The notes under the pieces were generated by a model, which was given only the letters and a program-made list of their open reading frames with translations, searched no databases and was not told the origin of the DNA. From positions 1,756 through 65,755 of the forward strand of contig MGVC01000014.1 in the NCBI GenBank assembly GCA_001800285.1: a stretch of 64,000 nt of DNA, given 5' to 3'. Positions 63,933 through 64,000 of this stretch are shown piece after piece; within the stretch, counting starts at the first letter, position 1; each line of letters opens with the position of its first letter. The translations under genes and the position numbers were made by a program. The DNA is from Elusimicrobia bacterium RIFOXYA2_FULL_39_19. Lineage in GTDB: Bacteria > Elusimicrobiota > Endomicrobiia > CG1-02-37-114 > XYA2-FULL-39-19.

Positions 63933-64000
63933 TATAATTCCTTCTCTTCAACAAGTATATTGTTTATAAACACCCTTAATTTTGATTTGCCTTTTTTCAT

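Overview
Low-GC bacterial chromosomal window. Every supportable protein-coding gene lies on the minus strand. The gene content suggests a diderm, possibly Elusimicrobiota-like organism (inference only). Left half (1-33.2 kb) is an envelope/secretion locus. It holds a 20.6-kb gene for a 6,863-aa FN3-rich surface protein and an S8 protease, both ending in a T9SS-type/FlgD-Ig C-terminal sorting domain. It also holds a PorV-family barrel, a putative outer-membrane barrel, and FecR-domain and CARDB proteins. Between these sits a compact orphan rotary-motor cassette: a natural FliF(RBM3)-TM-FliG fusion, MotA, two MotB paralogues and a TPR protein, with no other flagellar genes in the window. This motor plus T9SS-like cargo is the best candidate for an undescribed system. 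The middle (33-48 kb) has a PilT / Pro-rich protein / DnaA-AAA+ paralogue (no DNA-binding domain IV) / RecJ (degenerate DnaQ insert) run. It also has a tpiA-pduL-lsrF-Zn dehydrogenase-rpiB cluster near an MTA phosphorylase. The right end is largely housekeeping: smpB, xerC, topA, dprA, comM, yraN, rnhB, rplS-trmD-rimM-khpA-rpsP and rpe. Non-coding features include three tRNAs (Glu, Ser, Leu), a galT remnant, a 4x76-bp hairpin array, a family of CGAC/GGAG hairpins tied to partial tRNA duplications, and 7-8-bp intergenic arrays. All assignments were made by eye from motifs, with no database searches.
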